Shown: positions 20,510 through 30,170, numbered from the stretch's first letter. The stretch is 64,000 nucleotides of DNA from an uncultured Nitrospiraceae bacterium (GCA_963730935.1 CAVSTP010000002.1:320001-384000), one strand, 5' to 3'. Notes: generated by a model from the letters alone, not told the origin. Numbers and translations are program-made.

Positions 20510-20710
20510 ATGTATCAGTTCCAAAGAGAGGACACCGCATTGCAGGCAGCAAGGCTTCTGGCAGTGTACGAGAGAGCACCAATTCTAGTGATGGCCCGCG
20601 GTATGAGGGCGCTGTATACCATCGGTCCTCTAAACAATCCAGCCGTTCATAAGGCCGGTCAACATATGGCTACGGTTTATCGTTCTGGGCGTGTCGACTA
20701 TATGGGGTGA
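20510..20710 (+). CDS. hypothetical small protein
   Basis: 66 aa, RBS AGAGG. Confidence 0.45.
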   Translation: MYQFQREDTALQAARLLAVYERAPILVMARGMRALYTIGPLNNPAVHKAGQHMATVYRSGRVDYMG

Positions 20711-21044
20711 ACGTGATGTCCCCTCCCTTGGTGCTCTCACAAGTGGAAGAGCCACAGATGCTAAAAATTCGCTGGAAGTCCTAAACCAAGTCCGCAGCGA
20801 TATCATCAGAGACGAACCCTGGAACTAGGGTCAGCGCTACCAGCGTTTAGCCTGGTGTGGGTCGAGGGATTGTTTTCTAACAACTGTCTGGACGATCTGA
20901 TTAAGAGAACGATTTTACCCCGCCGCTTCGAATCGCGCTGAAGCAAGAGAGCTAGGGCCTAGCCCAGTTTCGGCAACCTGCTTTTCCCGCTACTGCTATG
21001 AATCTGTAGTATCACTCCCTTTCGCGCGTATCCAAAACAAGAAA

Positions 21045-21856
21045 ATGGAGGGATTTATGGCGCAACCTTTTCTAGGGGGACTTGCCTTACTATTGTCGGT
21101 CATAGTGTTTATGTCCGTTGCTGATGCCGCCTCTGAGCGAGCCGGGACTGATACACAGCTGCTTTCCGGGGATCGGGTTCTTCTCGGTACGGTAGAGGAA
21201 GTGAGAAGTGATCAGGCCAGAATCAATACCGGGGAAGGGCAGCCGCGGTTCGTTCCGATGAACGTGCGAAAGGATAAGGGATTGTTGGACTTGAAAAAGG
21301 GAGATCAGGTTGAGATCACCGTCAATGACCAGAATCTGCTCGTGGATGTACATAAGGTTGGAGAGTCAAGCCACCATCGTGTTATTCAAGGTCAACTTGC
21401 CGAGCCCTTGGACACCGGGCACGATAAGGCGGTGATTCGTACAAGGAAGGGAAGAAGAGTCTCACCTGTGCGACCGGTCGCACGAGTAAGGTGGCCTCGA
21501 TTCCCGTCGGGGCAGATGTCACCTTTCTCATTGACGAGTTGGATAAGATCGTCGATGTGACAATGGGGACTACCGAATCCATTCATCGATCGGCGGAACT
21601 CGGGCAACAGAAATCGCCCCTCAAGGGTAACCTGAGCCAGATCGCAGGTGTCATTGTCACGCCCTTAAAGAACAATACCATTGTCATTCGCACCGAGGAT
21701 GGCAAGGAGCACGCGTATGAAGCGCGCCCGCTCATTCAGGAGAGACTTGCCCAGTTATCCCGAGGCCAATCCGCCACGTTGTTAGTGGACGCCGAGCAAC
21801 AAGTAGCGGACGTGTCCTTTAACCAGGCGGAAAAAAGTAAACCCAGGCAGAGATGA
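21045..21856 (+). pseudogene. exported OB-fold-repeat-like protein split by frameshift(s) near 21440-21495
   Basis: signal peptide in 21045-21560; 21491-21856 continues the same repeat pattern in another frame. Confidence 0.65.
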
Positions 21857-21921
21857 AAATGCACTGCCGGAAATTTGATCACCATGACAGAATTTCTCCC
21901 GCTTGAAATCAGGAGGCACAC

Positions 21922-22395
21922 ATGCGCAAGCAAATCATTGGCGAAAAACAGGAGAAAACCGCATCTGCTGAGCAGGATTGGTTGAACGTGGAGGGACTGG
22001 CAGAGGTGGAAATCACCTCAGAGGACGCCGCTCATCCCATTGAGTCGGCGTTGCTGCCTGGTCAGAATTCGGGGTGGCGGGCCGCAGAGGCCGGGAAGCA
22101 GACGATCCGACTCCTCTTTAACCATCCGCAACGGCTGCGGCGGATCTGGATGAATTTCGTGGAGCCCCAAACTGAACGCACCCAAGAGTACGTCTTGCGT
22201 TGGTCGCCGGATAGCGGGCAGTCCTTCCGTGAAATTGTTCGGCAGCAGTGGAACTTCAGTCCCCCAAGCACCACGAACGAGACCGAAGATCATCATGTCG
22301 AACTCCCGGCGGTCACGATGCTCGAGTTGAGCATCATTCCAGACATCAGCGGAGGGAATGCGCTCGCGTCGTTGGCGCAGCTGCGGCTTGCCTAA
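21922..22395 (+). CDS. discoidin/galactose-binding-fold protein (paralog of 12873-13349)
   Basis: aligns end-to-end with the 12873 ORF; RBS AGGAGG. Confidence 0.8.
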   Translation: MRKQIIGEKQEKTASAEQDWLNVEGLAEVEITSEDAAHPIESALLPGQNSGWRAAEAGKQTIRLLFNHPQRLRRIWMNFVEPQTERTQEYVLRWSPDSGQSFREIVRQQWNFSPPSTTNETEDHHVELPAVTMLELSIIPDISGGNALASLAQLRLA

Positions 22396-22621
22396 CTTCC
22401 CCAAGTTCGTTAGGTCGCCGTCGTAGTAATGCAAGATTCTACTCTCACCAAGTTTTATGCGGCCACGCAAAACCTGCGTCCATGACGGGTTTAGCCAGCT
22501 CGTGAGCTAGCTGTTACCGTTACGTTAGGCAAGGCAGTGAGTTTTTCAGAGGCGTTGTTTGACAAGCTGTTCAGAATGTGCGGATAGATTGCCACTGCCG
22601 GCATGGTATGACATAAGCATA

Positions 22622-22927
22622 ATGTCTATGAGTCGTACTAATCTGGACCCTCTGATCACCTTCCCTGATGGCTCGCATCTGCTCATTAGTACCCAATGTT
22701 CCAAACAAGGAGAGTTTTCCTGTGCTCTCTACACGGCCATCATTGCACCTGATGATAGTGCCTCTTTTCAGATGGTCTCAAGTCACCTCGAAGCATCAAC
22801 GTGTCTCAGTGCTCAAGAACATGCCTACGATCATGCCGTCCAACTCTTCCCGCGTGCAGTTGAACGAATGAAAAAGCCACCTTACCTGATATGGCAGGGT
22901 CCCCCCCCTAATACATGTTTATTCTAG
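22622..22927 (+). CDS. hypothetical protein
   Basis: about 100 aa, globular composition. Confidence 0.55.
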   Translation: MSMSRTNLDPLITFPDGSHLLISTQCSKQGEFSCALYTAIIAPDDSASFQMVSSHLEASTCLSAQEHAYDHAVQLFPRAVERMKKPPYLIWQGPPPNTCLF

Positions 22928-23397
22928 TTTTTCTCCGGACACGAAGGGCAGCATCGGCCTAACAGCACACTCGAGGCCACCATGGAAAAAGGTCCGGCAA
23001 ATAATAGTTGCATCGGGCTCACCAGCTTCCGACGCTAGCGACCTCTTCCCAGCGTATCTACTACGATCCTTCGTATCTTTTTCAATCCGATTCCCGGGAT
23101 TCATTAGCGACTCGTGCAGTGCCACGCGTCTCCCTAATCGACCCCTTTAAGTCTTTGATATAGCTAGTCTCCCAGCTTCTTGTTCATTGAAATATTTTAT
23201 CTATCCGATTGGTCCAGCAGTTGCTCATATGTCGTTCAACATGGGTAATGGAAATGAAGCCATGAGAAGTATCCTCGATTATGTGCTCGTCCTGACAGTG
23301 CGATTAGGTGCAGGCTCTACGCTCGTGATGTTGAAGAATCTCTGGCCCTAGGAAGAGAGCGTGAAAATAGATTCCCGCTTCTCCGAAGGAGGTTGCG

Positions 23398-23766
23398 ATG
23401 AAACACGTTATGGCAGTCATCATAGGGTGTAATCTAGTTGTCTCTGCTTTCGTGGTTGTAGATTCGGACGCCTGGAGCGGCTGTACTATTGAGCAGCGGA
23501 TTGAACTAGGCAATCAGGGATATGGGAGGGATGAGGTGGAAAAGGCCTGCAGTCAAAGCGGGAATGGTTTCTGGAAGAATGGTCTTACAGATGCCTTGGA
23601 CAAAGCATTAGGAGGAAGCGGAAATAGCTATGCTTCATCGGCCACTCACGGTGCGAGTATGTGCAGTACGAATTACGGGAGCTGCCCCCTGTCAGGAGGG
23701 CCTATGGGCTATCCCTGCTATTGTCCCGGATGGAATGGTTACACAATCACGGGCATCTCAAAATAA
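23398..23766 (+). CDS. secreted Cys-rich hypothetical protein
   Basis: RBS AAGGAGG, signal-like N-terminus, C-x-T-x-x-G-x-C...G-x-P-C-x-C. Confidence 0.7.
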   Translation: MKHVMAVIIGCNLVVSAFVVVDSDAWSGCTIEQRIELGNQGYGRDEVEKACSQSGNGFWKNGLTDALDKALGGSGNSYASSATHGASMCSTNYGSCPLSGGPMGYPCYCPGWNGYTITGISK

Positions 23767-24048
23767 ATCTACTCCAGACTGGGGCTTCCAAGTCAGCTAT
23801 CCGCCCGCATGGGCGGCAGGGTACACACTCGAAAAAGACCCGCTGTTATTCCGGCATGCTGTAGTCCGCGTGTCTTGCAGTAATGGAGTCGAACCGTTTT
23901 CATAAACAGCAATTCGCCAGTCTGGCTAGGCGTGGGAGTCCTCATGAGGCCAGCCGCCCTGCCTGAACATGGCCGGGGGGCCTCTTCTCCCAGGTTGGAA
24001 GGAATAATTTTCAGTTTGTCGTCAGGCCGGCCCGGCACACCGCGTCGA

Positions 24049-24070
24049 ACACGGACAACGCACGGACACC
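24049..24070 (+). repeat. putative integrase arm-type sites, left
   Basis: aCACGGACAacgCACGGACAcc; matches 35487-35509. Confidence 0.65.
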
Positions 24071-24261
24071 AGGCCAGCGCACCGTTACTTTCTATAGGGT
24101 TGTGAAGGCACGTTGGGTCTAGAACCTACCGTTCCTACCGCAGACAAAAGAAGGATGAGTTTCTGAAGGACCATATTCGGCATCGGCCTGACTATCTGAA
24201 AGGATGGCGGGCATTGATGAGGGATTAGTAGTCGAGTGCGGGGATGAATTAGCGGACTAAC

Positions 24262-24678
24262 CTATTTGCTGCGCGTTGATGGACGTTCCATGCGGCCACG
24301 AATGGCTTCTAAGTCTGAGGTCAGTTTCTGAAGATTCACAGCGATAATTTTACTATGCTCTGCATCATCCATGTAATGTTGACGCATCTCGTGGGTAAAG
24401 GCATCAAGCTTCGTAGTCACACTATCCAACTTGTCATAAATACGTTTGACGCGCTCCTCGTCTGTCGAATCAACTTTCTGAACTTGTGTTCCCATTTCCT
24501 TAATTGCATCTTCAGCTTGAACCACGCGGGCGCCTAGGTTCCCAACATAAACTGCGCCTACAATGACGCCTCCAATTATGGTCACAACAAGTGCTAAGGC
24601 TACTGCATGATCAGTAATGAACCACCATAGCTGACGCATGGATTCGTCTCGTGCCATTAATCCACCTCCCAGAAACAA
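24262..24678 (-). CDS. membrane-anchored coiled-coil hypothetical protein
   Basis: one TM helix followed by a heptad-like region. Confidence 0.6.
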   Translation of the reverse strand: MFLGGGLMARDESMRQLWWFITDHAVALALVVTIIGGVIVGAVYVGNLGARVVQAEDAIKEMGTQVQKVDSTDEERVKRIYDKLDSVTTKLDAFTHEMRQHYMDDAEHSKIIAVNLQKLTSDLEAIRGRMERPSTRSK

Positions 24679-24739
24679 CCTCCCAGATTATACCCCCCTT
24701 CCTTACCACTATCCAAAAGGAATACACGAGGGAAACTCA

Positions 24740-25975
24740 CTACCGGATCTTCACAAGATTGGATTTGGCCGACAGAGAGGCAAGATAGTCGCAAGTGCGC
24801 TTCATGGCCTGGCGGAGATCCTCTTCGGAGATGATGTTGTATCGGGAGAAGATTGAGGGGGTGCGATGGCCGGAAATCTGTCGAGCCACGTCAGGGTTGA
24901 CGCCTGCCCGTACCATATTACGGACAGCAGATCGTCGGCAGTCATGGGGGATGGGATACACTTCCACGGTGTGTCCGGTCACTGGGTGACGTTCGACCTT
25001 CACGAGACCGGCCGCACGACACGCACGCTTCCAGACTTTTCTGAACGTCCCCATCTGCTCCCCTCTCCGATGGAAGATATATTGGCAATCCATCTGCCTC
25101 GCGGCCAGCCGTCGCTCAATAACCTCTCGCAAGTCATTCTCCAAGGGGATCGCTCTCCCCTTCCGGTTCTTTGAATCCCTGGCGTGAAGGCGAATGGTCC
25201 AGGTTTCTCGATCGAAGTCAGCCCAGGTCAGCGCCTTCGTTTCGCCCGTTCGCATGCCGGTGAAAAAGCACCAGGCCATGTAGTCTTGGAGGTCACTGTC
25301 GGGCTTTCCACGAACGGTGAGCCGTGACAGAATTGCTTCGAAGTCTGCCCTATCCAAAAAACCCTGCCTAGCATTATCTTCCGGCAAGCTCTTGATGTAA
25401 GGCACATAGGTCAGGACCTGCTGTTCCTTGGCAAGTGTAAAGGCTCGCTGGAGGCCTTCCAGTTCCCGGTTGATCGTGGCATTCGCGGCCTGTTGCTCTT
25501 GCCGTCGCTCCATATAAGCGTTGATCCGATGTGGCGTCACCTCGAGCACTCGATCGTTCCCGAAGAACGCGCGAATGTGTTTCAAATGCTGTTGCAGGCG
25601 GGAGAGTGATGCCAGACCCCGCAATTCATAATGACGTTCCAGTTCCTCCAGCAGACATAGCACGGTGATCCGTTCTTGCTGTGGCCCGCGAAATGGTTGG
25701 ACGCCAAGCCGATGAGCTGCCAGCTCGTCTTGACGCCGTTTCAGCAGTTTTCTTGCCTCCAGTTCGGTAGCTCCCGCTGACTCACGCACTTCAACGCTTC
25801 GCCCATCCCGCTTCACATAGTAGGCAATCCAATACCGTTGCTTGCGCTGGTAGATCCGTCCTGCTCCATGTGGACGCTTCTTTCGTGGTCGTGATTCACT
25901 GGTGACCAGAGAATCGACTAACGCCTGGTGGGATGGCCAATGCTCATTCACGGTGATTGATTGAGTTCCCCTCAT
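24740..25975 (-). CDS. tyrosine recombinase / phage integrase
   Basis: GMRTGE (R), SKN (K), PHDCRR (HxxR), SGH, RYN (Y) all present; SAM-like ATINREL. Confidence 0.95.
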   Translation of the reverse strand: MRGTQSITVNEHWPSHQALVDSLVTSESRPRKKRPHGAGRIYQRKQRYWIAYYVKRDGRSVEVRESAGATELEARKLLKRRQDELAAHRLGVQPFRGPQQERITVLCLLEELERHYELRGLASLSRLQQHLKHIRAFFGNDRVLEVTPHRINAYMERRQEQQAANATINRELEGLQRAFTLAKEQQVLTYVPYIKSLPEDNARQGFLDRADFEAILSRLTVRGKPDSDLQDYMAWCFFTGMRTGETKALTWADFDRETWTIRLHARDSKNRKGRAIPLENDLREVIERRLAARQMDCQYIFHRRGEQMGTFRKVWKRACRAAGLVKVERHPVTGHTVEVYPIPHDCRRSAVRNMVRAGVNPDVARQISGHRTPSIFSRYNIISEEDLRQAMKRTCDYLASLSAKSNLVKIR

Positions 25976-26027
25976 GCATGTGTGATAGTTAACGATATCA
26001 TGCTATCTTAACTATACTCAAGAGGGA

Positions 26028-26345
26028 CTAGTGGCCTTGGTGCCTTCTGATGTACAGCTCAAGCCCATTGTTCGAAAACCTGACATACCTGCCCTGGCGG
26101 ATCATGAAGGGATAGGACCGTGCGTTCCGATAGATAAATCCCTTCGTCACATTAAGCCGAATAGCAACTTCGTCAGCGGTCAGCAGGCGGTCAGGCTGCG
26201 CTTGTACGTTTTTCCCTGTTCCTATGGTCATCTTGAGCCATAACGAGGCTTTCAGCTGCTCCAGGTGTCCCATGAGGAGGGGGCACTGATCAGGGGTGGC
26301 TCTTTCAACGGCTTCCGCTAGGACGCTCCACGTGTCTAGACTCAT
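26028..26345 (-). CDS. excisionase-like HTH_17 protein
   Basis: DRLLTADEVAIRLNVTKGFIYRN...GRYVRFS; directly upstream of int. Confidence 0.8.
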   Translation of the reverse strand: MSLDTWSVLAEAVERATPDQCPLLMGHLEQLKASLWLKMTIGTGKNVQAQPDRLLTADEVAIRLNVTKGFIYRNARSYPFMIRQGRYVRFSNNGLELYIRRHQGH

Positions 26346-26378
26346 CTCTCTTCGTTCTGGCTTCAGCGAGCCAGCCTT

Positions 26379-26621
26379 TCAACGCTCCACAACCACCACC
26401 ACGCGGTTATCTTCGTTATTTTCACGCATCTCAGTGGGTATCAGCCTGGCCGCAATGCGGTAGAACTCCGTTGGATTCTCTTTGGCCCATTTTGAAAAGG
26501 CTTCATGCCCACCGATGTCATCGTAGACGTGCTGAACAGCCTCACGGAAAGCAGTGGTCAGCCGGTTTGGCACGCCGGGCAGTCTTCCGCCTGTTTTTGG
26601 TTTGCCTGGTAGGAATGGCAT
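26379..26621 (-). CDS. terminase-small-subunit-like protein
   Basis: F..G.PKTGGR.PG.PN..T...REA...GG....W A.ENP..FY...RLIP pattern typical of phage TerS-like proteins; RBS AAGGAG. Confidence 0.6.
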   Translation of the reverse strand: MPFLPGKPKTGGRLPGVPNRLTTAFREAVQHVYDDIGGHEAFSKWAKENPTEFYRIAARLIPTEMRENNEDNRVVVVVER

Positions 26622-26650
26622 TCTGTTTCGCTCCTTTTTAGAAATTAGAC

Positions 26651-27058
26651 TTAGTTACCGAGCCCATCCAGGCCATGTTCCCTGACTGTCCACGCGGCCA
26701 GGAGCCGGCCCTTTTCGTTGGTTTGACCCACCGCACGAATGCTTGAAAGGGAAAGGTGTGCTCCATCGGTCAGGACAAGACGCCAGCCTGACCCGTGCCA
26801 CTGGCATTCCTTCACGGTGCCATGCTCCCGTTCGTCTGCGCCGCCCCGAAGTTTGTCGGTCCTGTCGCGATAGACCACAAACCAGCCAGACTCGAGCGGG
26901 GGAATGCGAGCAGGTTCCGAGGGTGGCTGGTCCTCTTCTGAATCCGCTGGAGCATCTGTCGGAACCAGCGGAAGGGGTGCCTTACAGACTAGACAGGCCG
27001 CCCAGTGGACGTTGACCACGGCGTGACACTGAAGGCATCGGCTGACCGTCAGGCTCAT
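26651..27058 (-). CDS. hypothetical protein with N-terminal Zn-ribbon (CxxC-x9-CxxC)
   Basis: likely start MSLTVSRCLQC at 27058; the upstream extension in the ORF track overlaps the iteron array. Confidence 0.65.
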   Translation of the reverse strand: MSLTVSRCLQCHAVVNVHWAACLVCKAPLPLVPTDAPADSEEDQPPSEPARIPPLESGWFVVYRDRTDKLRGGADEREHGTVKECQWHGSGWRLVLTDGAHLSLSSIRAVGQTNEKGRLLAAWTVREHGLDGLGN

Positions 27059-27086
27059 ACAGTCCGCCTTTTTCGCATAACCTGAC

Positions 27087-27272
27087 AGGAAACATTGAGG
27101 CAACTTCCATGTTGCCTGCTCTGGAAAGAGTTTCCAGGTAGGCAACTCGTACACCCCGCATCTGGAGCAGCGTTCCGCCGAAAGTTTCCTAAATTCCCCC
27201 CGCGATTTCGCAGGAGCAAAATAGGCAACATTTTCACGCGGGAGGCAACTTTTGAGGCAACCATTAGGCAAC
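27087..27272. repeat. iteron array, putative replication origin
   Basis: AGGCAAC at 27098, 27140, 27223, 27243, 27255 and 27266; inverted at 27111; AGGAAAC variants at 27087 and (inverted) 27184. Confidence 0.75.
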
Positions 27273-28310
27273 CCCTTCCAGTGCCGCCTTGAGTTTCTTG
27301 ATGATTCTTGAGGCGTAGCCGGGGGAGATATCGAGCTCTATGGCGAGGTCGGACGGCCTAGTCACGCCGTTCTCAAACAGCTCTCTCGCCAGTTCAAACT
27401 TCGAAACTTCCACCGGCTGGTATTGCCAGATGAGTCCGTGACCTTGCTTCACCAAGCGCACATCGAGTGGGGCCACATCATCGCCCGTCACGCCCCGGCA
27501 TTTCGTGAAGTGCATTTCAAAGTGGCATCCGTCGCGGGCATCCCTCAAAGGCGGTTCCTTGAGTTGCACCACGGTGTCTAGCGCATCCTCCCGGCCGCTA
27601 GTGCCACGTTGCTGCCCCTTTTTACCGGAGTGGTGGACTAAGACAGTGGAGAGCCCCCGATGACGCAGGCGGATCAGCCACGCGTTGATCGGCTCCCAAT
27701 CCTGCTTGCTGTCTTCATTGATTCCGCTAAAAAGACAGGAAATATTGTCGAGGATCAGGACGCGGATGTCTGGGCGGGCCTCGAGGATTTTGACAATCTG
27801 TTGTTGCATGCCGTGCGACGTGAGGATGAGATCCTTCCCACCGCATCGCTGATACACCAGTTGACTGGTAAGGAATTCAAACGGGGCGGCTGGCGGCGTA
27901 TCCATGAGCGCCGTGGCGCGTTCTCGGAGTTCGTCCAGCTGCATCTCGCCATCGCAGTACAGCACTCCGACAGGCGCTTGGACCTTCCACTTCAGAAGAT
28001 CCTTGCCGTTGGTCAGGGAGACGCCTAAGGCCAGTTGGAGAAAGGTCTTGCCAATCCCCCGTGGGCCAAAGACCATCACGTTGCCGCCTTCAGGAAGCCA
28101 TGGGAGATGACGGGCTCGCTCTGGAATCTGCAGCGCCATCAGATCGGTATAGTTCACCAGCGCCCGTAAGAGATCGGGGGGCGTCCGATCCTCACTCAAT
28201 CTGTTCGCCGTGCCGTCCCCGGCCAGCATCTGTTCTATGCCTGTGGAAAGCCGCTCCTGCGCTTCATCAAAGGCAGTCGCGGCTTGGGTAAATGCAGCCT
28301 CACTAGTCAT
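27264..28310 (-). CDS. AAA_25 / RepA-like (SF4) helicase with C-terminal HTH
   Basis: Walker A GPRGIGKT, YCDGEM, Walker B LILDN, VHHSGK...RGTS; ATGA overlap with the upstream gene. Confidence 0.85.
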   Translation of the reverse strand: MTSEAAFTQAATAFDEAQERLSTGIEQMLAGDGTANRLSEDRTPPDLLRALVNYTDLMALQIPERARHLPWLPEGGNVMVFGPRGIGKTFLQLALGVSLTNGKDLLKWKVQAPVGVLYCDGEMQLDELRERATALMDTPPAAPFEFLTSQLVYQRCGGKDLILTSHGMQQQIVKILEARPDIRVLILDNISCLFSGINEDSKQDWEPINAWLIRLRHRGLSTVLVHHSGKKGQQRGTSGREDALDTVVQLKEPPLRDARDGCHFEMHFTKCRGVTGDDVAPLDVRLVKQGHGLIWQYQPVEVSKFELARELFENGVTRPSDLAIELDISPGYASRIIKKLKAALEGVA

Positions 28311-28759
28311 ATCGCCTCGCTTTCCAGGAGCTGATAGGCGGCCCCCAAACGCTCTAGGGCGGTGTTGAGTTGTTCGTGAGACCACTTGTCAATGCAGATG
28401 CCGCACGCGGAGTGAATGAATGCTTCTGCTTCTCGCAGAGCATCCATGCGGAGACCATTTGCTGTGTAGGTGGCCTGCTCCTTTGTCTTAGCTTGCTGGC
28501 GTGCTTCCATCGCCTGACGGCGTTCGTTAGGGTTGTTTCCCGTCGTGTCAAAGAACAGATCCTTGACCGAGAGACCCAACGCCCTGGTAATCTCTTCCAC
28601 CGTGCAACCGGCCCAGCACTTCAGCAGCAGGCCCCGGTTGCCTTCAGCTATCGTGAGTGATGGTGAGTTGTCTTGATGTGCGGGGCAGCGGCTAATCCAT
28701 TTGTTCGAGCCGCTAGAGCGTACCCCATCGAGCAGCGGCAGCAGTTCTGTGGCCATCAT
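28307..28759 (-). CDS. CHC2 primase-type zinc-finger protein (no TOPRIM domain)
   Basis: RCPAHQDNSPSL...LLKCWAGC. Confidence 0.85.
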   Translation of the reverse strand: MMATELLPLLDGVRSSGSNKWISRCPAHQDNSPSLTIAEGNRGLLLKCWAGCTVEEITRALGLSVKDLFFDTTGNNPNERRQAMEARQQAKTKEQATYTANGLRMDALREAEAFIHSACGICIDKWSHEQLNTALERLGAAYQLLESEAI

Positions 28760-28872
28760 GCCACGCTCACAGTCTGGCGAACGTCTAGTGCATCATGGAG
28801 TTGACCGTGTGCTCGGTGGCAGTCCCGGAATCGCTCTTGTAACGCTAACCGGTAATCAGGTAGGCTTTGCAT
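28756..28872 (-). CDS. 38-aa ORF translationally coupled to the Zn-finger gene
   Basis: MQSLPDYRLAL...VSVA*; ATGA overlap at 28756-28759. Confidence 0.3.
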   Translation of the reverse strand: MQSLPDYRLALQERFRDCHRAHGQLHDALDVRQTVSVA

Positions 28873-28897
28873 CGTTCACCCTATACAGTTTGTGTTG

Positions 28898-28933
28898 AGC
28901 CGCCGTGGAGGTCGCACTCCCGGCGGCTTTTTT
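28898..28933 (+). terminator. intrinsic-terminator-like hairpin oriented antisense to the replication operon
   Basis: AGCCGCCG-TGGAG...CTCC-CGGCGGCT followed by TTTTT. Confidence 0.55.
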
Positions 28934-28945
28934 GTTCATCGGGAT

Positions 28946-29173
28946 TCACTTCACCACCTTGTTCTGCTCCGCTCGGGTTTGTACTTGGCGTCGTAACGCC
29001 GCCTTCGCTTCTTCAATATCCACTCGCACTCCGTACCCTTTATTGCCAGCGGCATAGGCCGGTACTCTCCCGTTCTTGCAGAGCCGATAGAGGCTCGAAG
29101 GAGCCATGCCTAATTGGCGTGCCGCCTGTTTGACACTGACCAATGCACCGCTTGTTTGGTTGTCGTCGCTCAT
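28946..29173 (-). CDS. AlpA/excisionase-like HTH protein
   Basis: LVSVKQAARQLGMAPSSLYRLCKNGRVPA; RBS AAGGAG before ATG 29173. Confidence 0.8.
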   Translation of the reverse strand: MSDDNQTSGALVSVKQAARQLGMAPSSLYRLCKNGRVPAYAAGNKGYGVRVDIEEAKAALRRQVQTRAEQNKVVK

Positions 29174-29420
29174 GTATCTCCTTCCATGTTGCTCAGGTTG
29201 TTCCCCTATGGAACAACAATGCCTATTTATCCCTATCGTATGAAAAAGAGCGAAGAGAGCAGGCATGAGATGTCTCAGAGGCGGTTCTAAGACCTTGGAT
29301 TTAAATGTTAATTCGTGAACTGGAGACCGAGAAGCTTAAGGCAAGTGTAGATAGGGACGGAAAAGGCCTCTTTATATCCCCATTGAAAACTATGAGAATT
29401 TCCGCCGGTGGGCTAAGGCA

Positions 29421-30170
29421 TTATGTGTGAGAGTTCGCGGAGGGAGGTTGGAGAGAATCGAAAAATTTTTTGAATGCACGAAGGGTGGCCTCGTCCGGCT
29501 GCTGTGAGGGATTAGCTAGGAAGCACTGAAGGACGTTTATATACTTATTTATCAAACCACTGAAATCTTCGAGGTCCGTCTCTCCCGGTGTGACTGATGC
29601 TGCGATTTCATCAATATGTTTCAGGTGCTTTTCCCACTTCCGGTATTGTCTGAGCATGGTATCTGCATTTGGAGGCTTGATGCCGTAACAATTAGTGGTC
29701 CATAAACTTGAACTAGTATCGCCATCTTTACGGAACAGCGCTTTCACTTGTTTGGCGACTTGTCTGCAAGCCTCCGTCTTTGACAGTCCCCCAATCACGA
29801 GCTTGTGGACTGCCTGGCATAAAACCTCCAGCATGTTCTTCCGCACTCTTTGAGGGACCTCGGCGGCTTTCGTCTTCCCTGTCCCTTCCCCCTTGAAGCC
29901 TAAGGCAATATCTAGCGACTTAATGTCCGGCGATGTGATGCGGTCGTTTGTCGCCGCCTTAAATAATTTGACGGCCCACATGGGGGCGGCAATGCCGAGA
30001 AGTCCCGCGCTTACCATTGCTGACGTTGCCAAAAAGGGGGTCTTCGGCTCGGTGTAATGGCATTCGTACAAGCTCAGGATTGCCTCTCGGCGCCAAGGTT
30101 CCGCTTCCCCCTCAAGCTGCTCATCGAGAAACGCTAGAAAAGGATCTGTTGTCTGTGGATTTGTGGACAT
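29421..30170 (-). CDS. hypothetical protein (possible element regulator)
   Basis: 249 aa, SD AGGAGG, helical C-terminal part (GLSKTEACRQVA). Confidence 0.7.
   Translation of the reverse strand: MSTNPQTTDPFLAFLDEQLEGEAEPWRREAILSLYECHYTEPKTPFLATSAMVSAGLLGIAAPMWAVKLFKAATNDRITSPDIKSLDIALGFKGEGTGKTKAAEVPQRVRKNMLEVLCQAVHKLVIGGLSKTEACRQVAKQVKALFRKDGDTSSSLWTTNCYGIKPPNADTMLRQYRKWEKHLKHIDEIAASVTPGETDLEDFSGLINKYINVLQCFLANPSQQPDEATLRAFKKFFDSLQPPSANSHT

Noticed and set aside
23770..23900. Possible degenerate tRNA-Arg att copy (GGAGTCGAACC; GGGGCTTCCAAG...CTATCC)
   Set aside because: Similarity to the tRNA is too low and discontinuous
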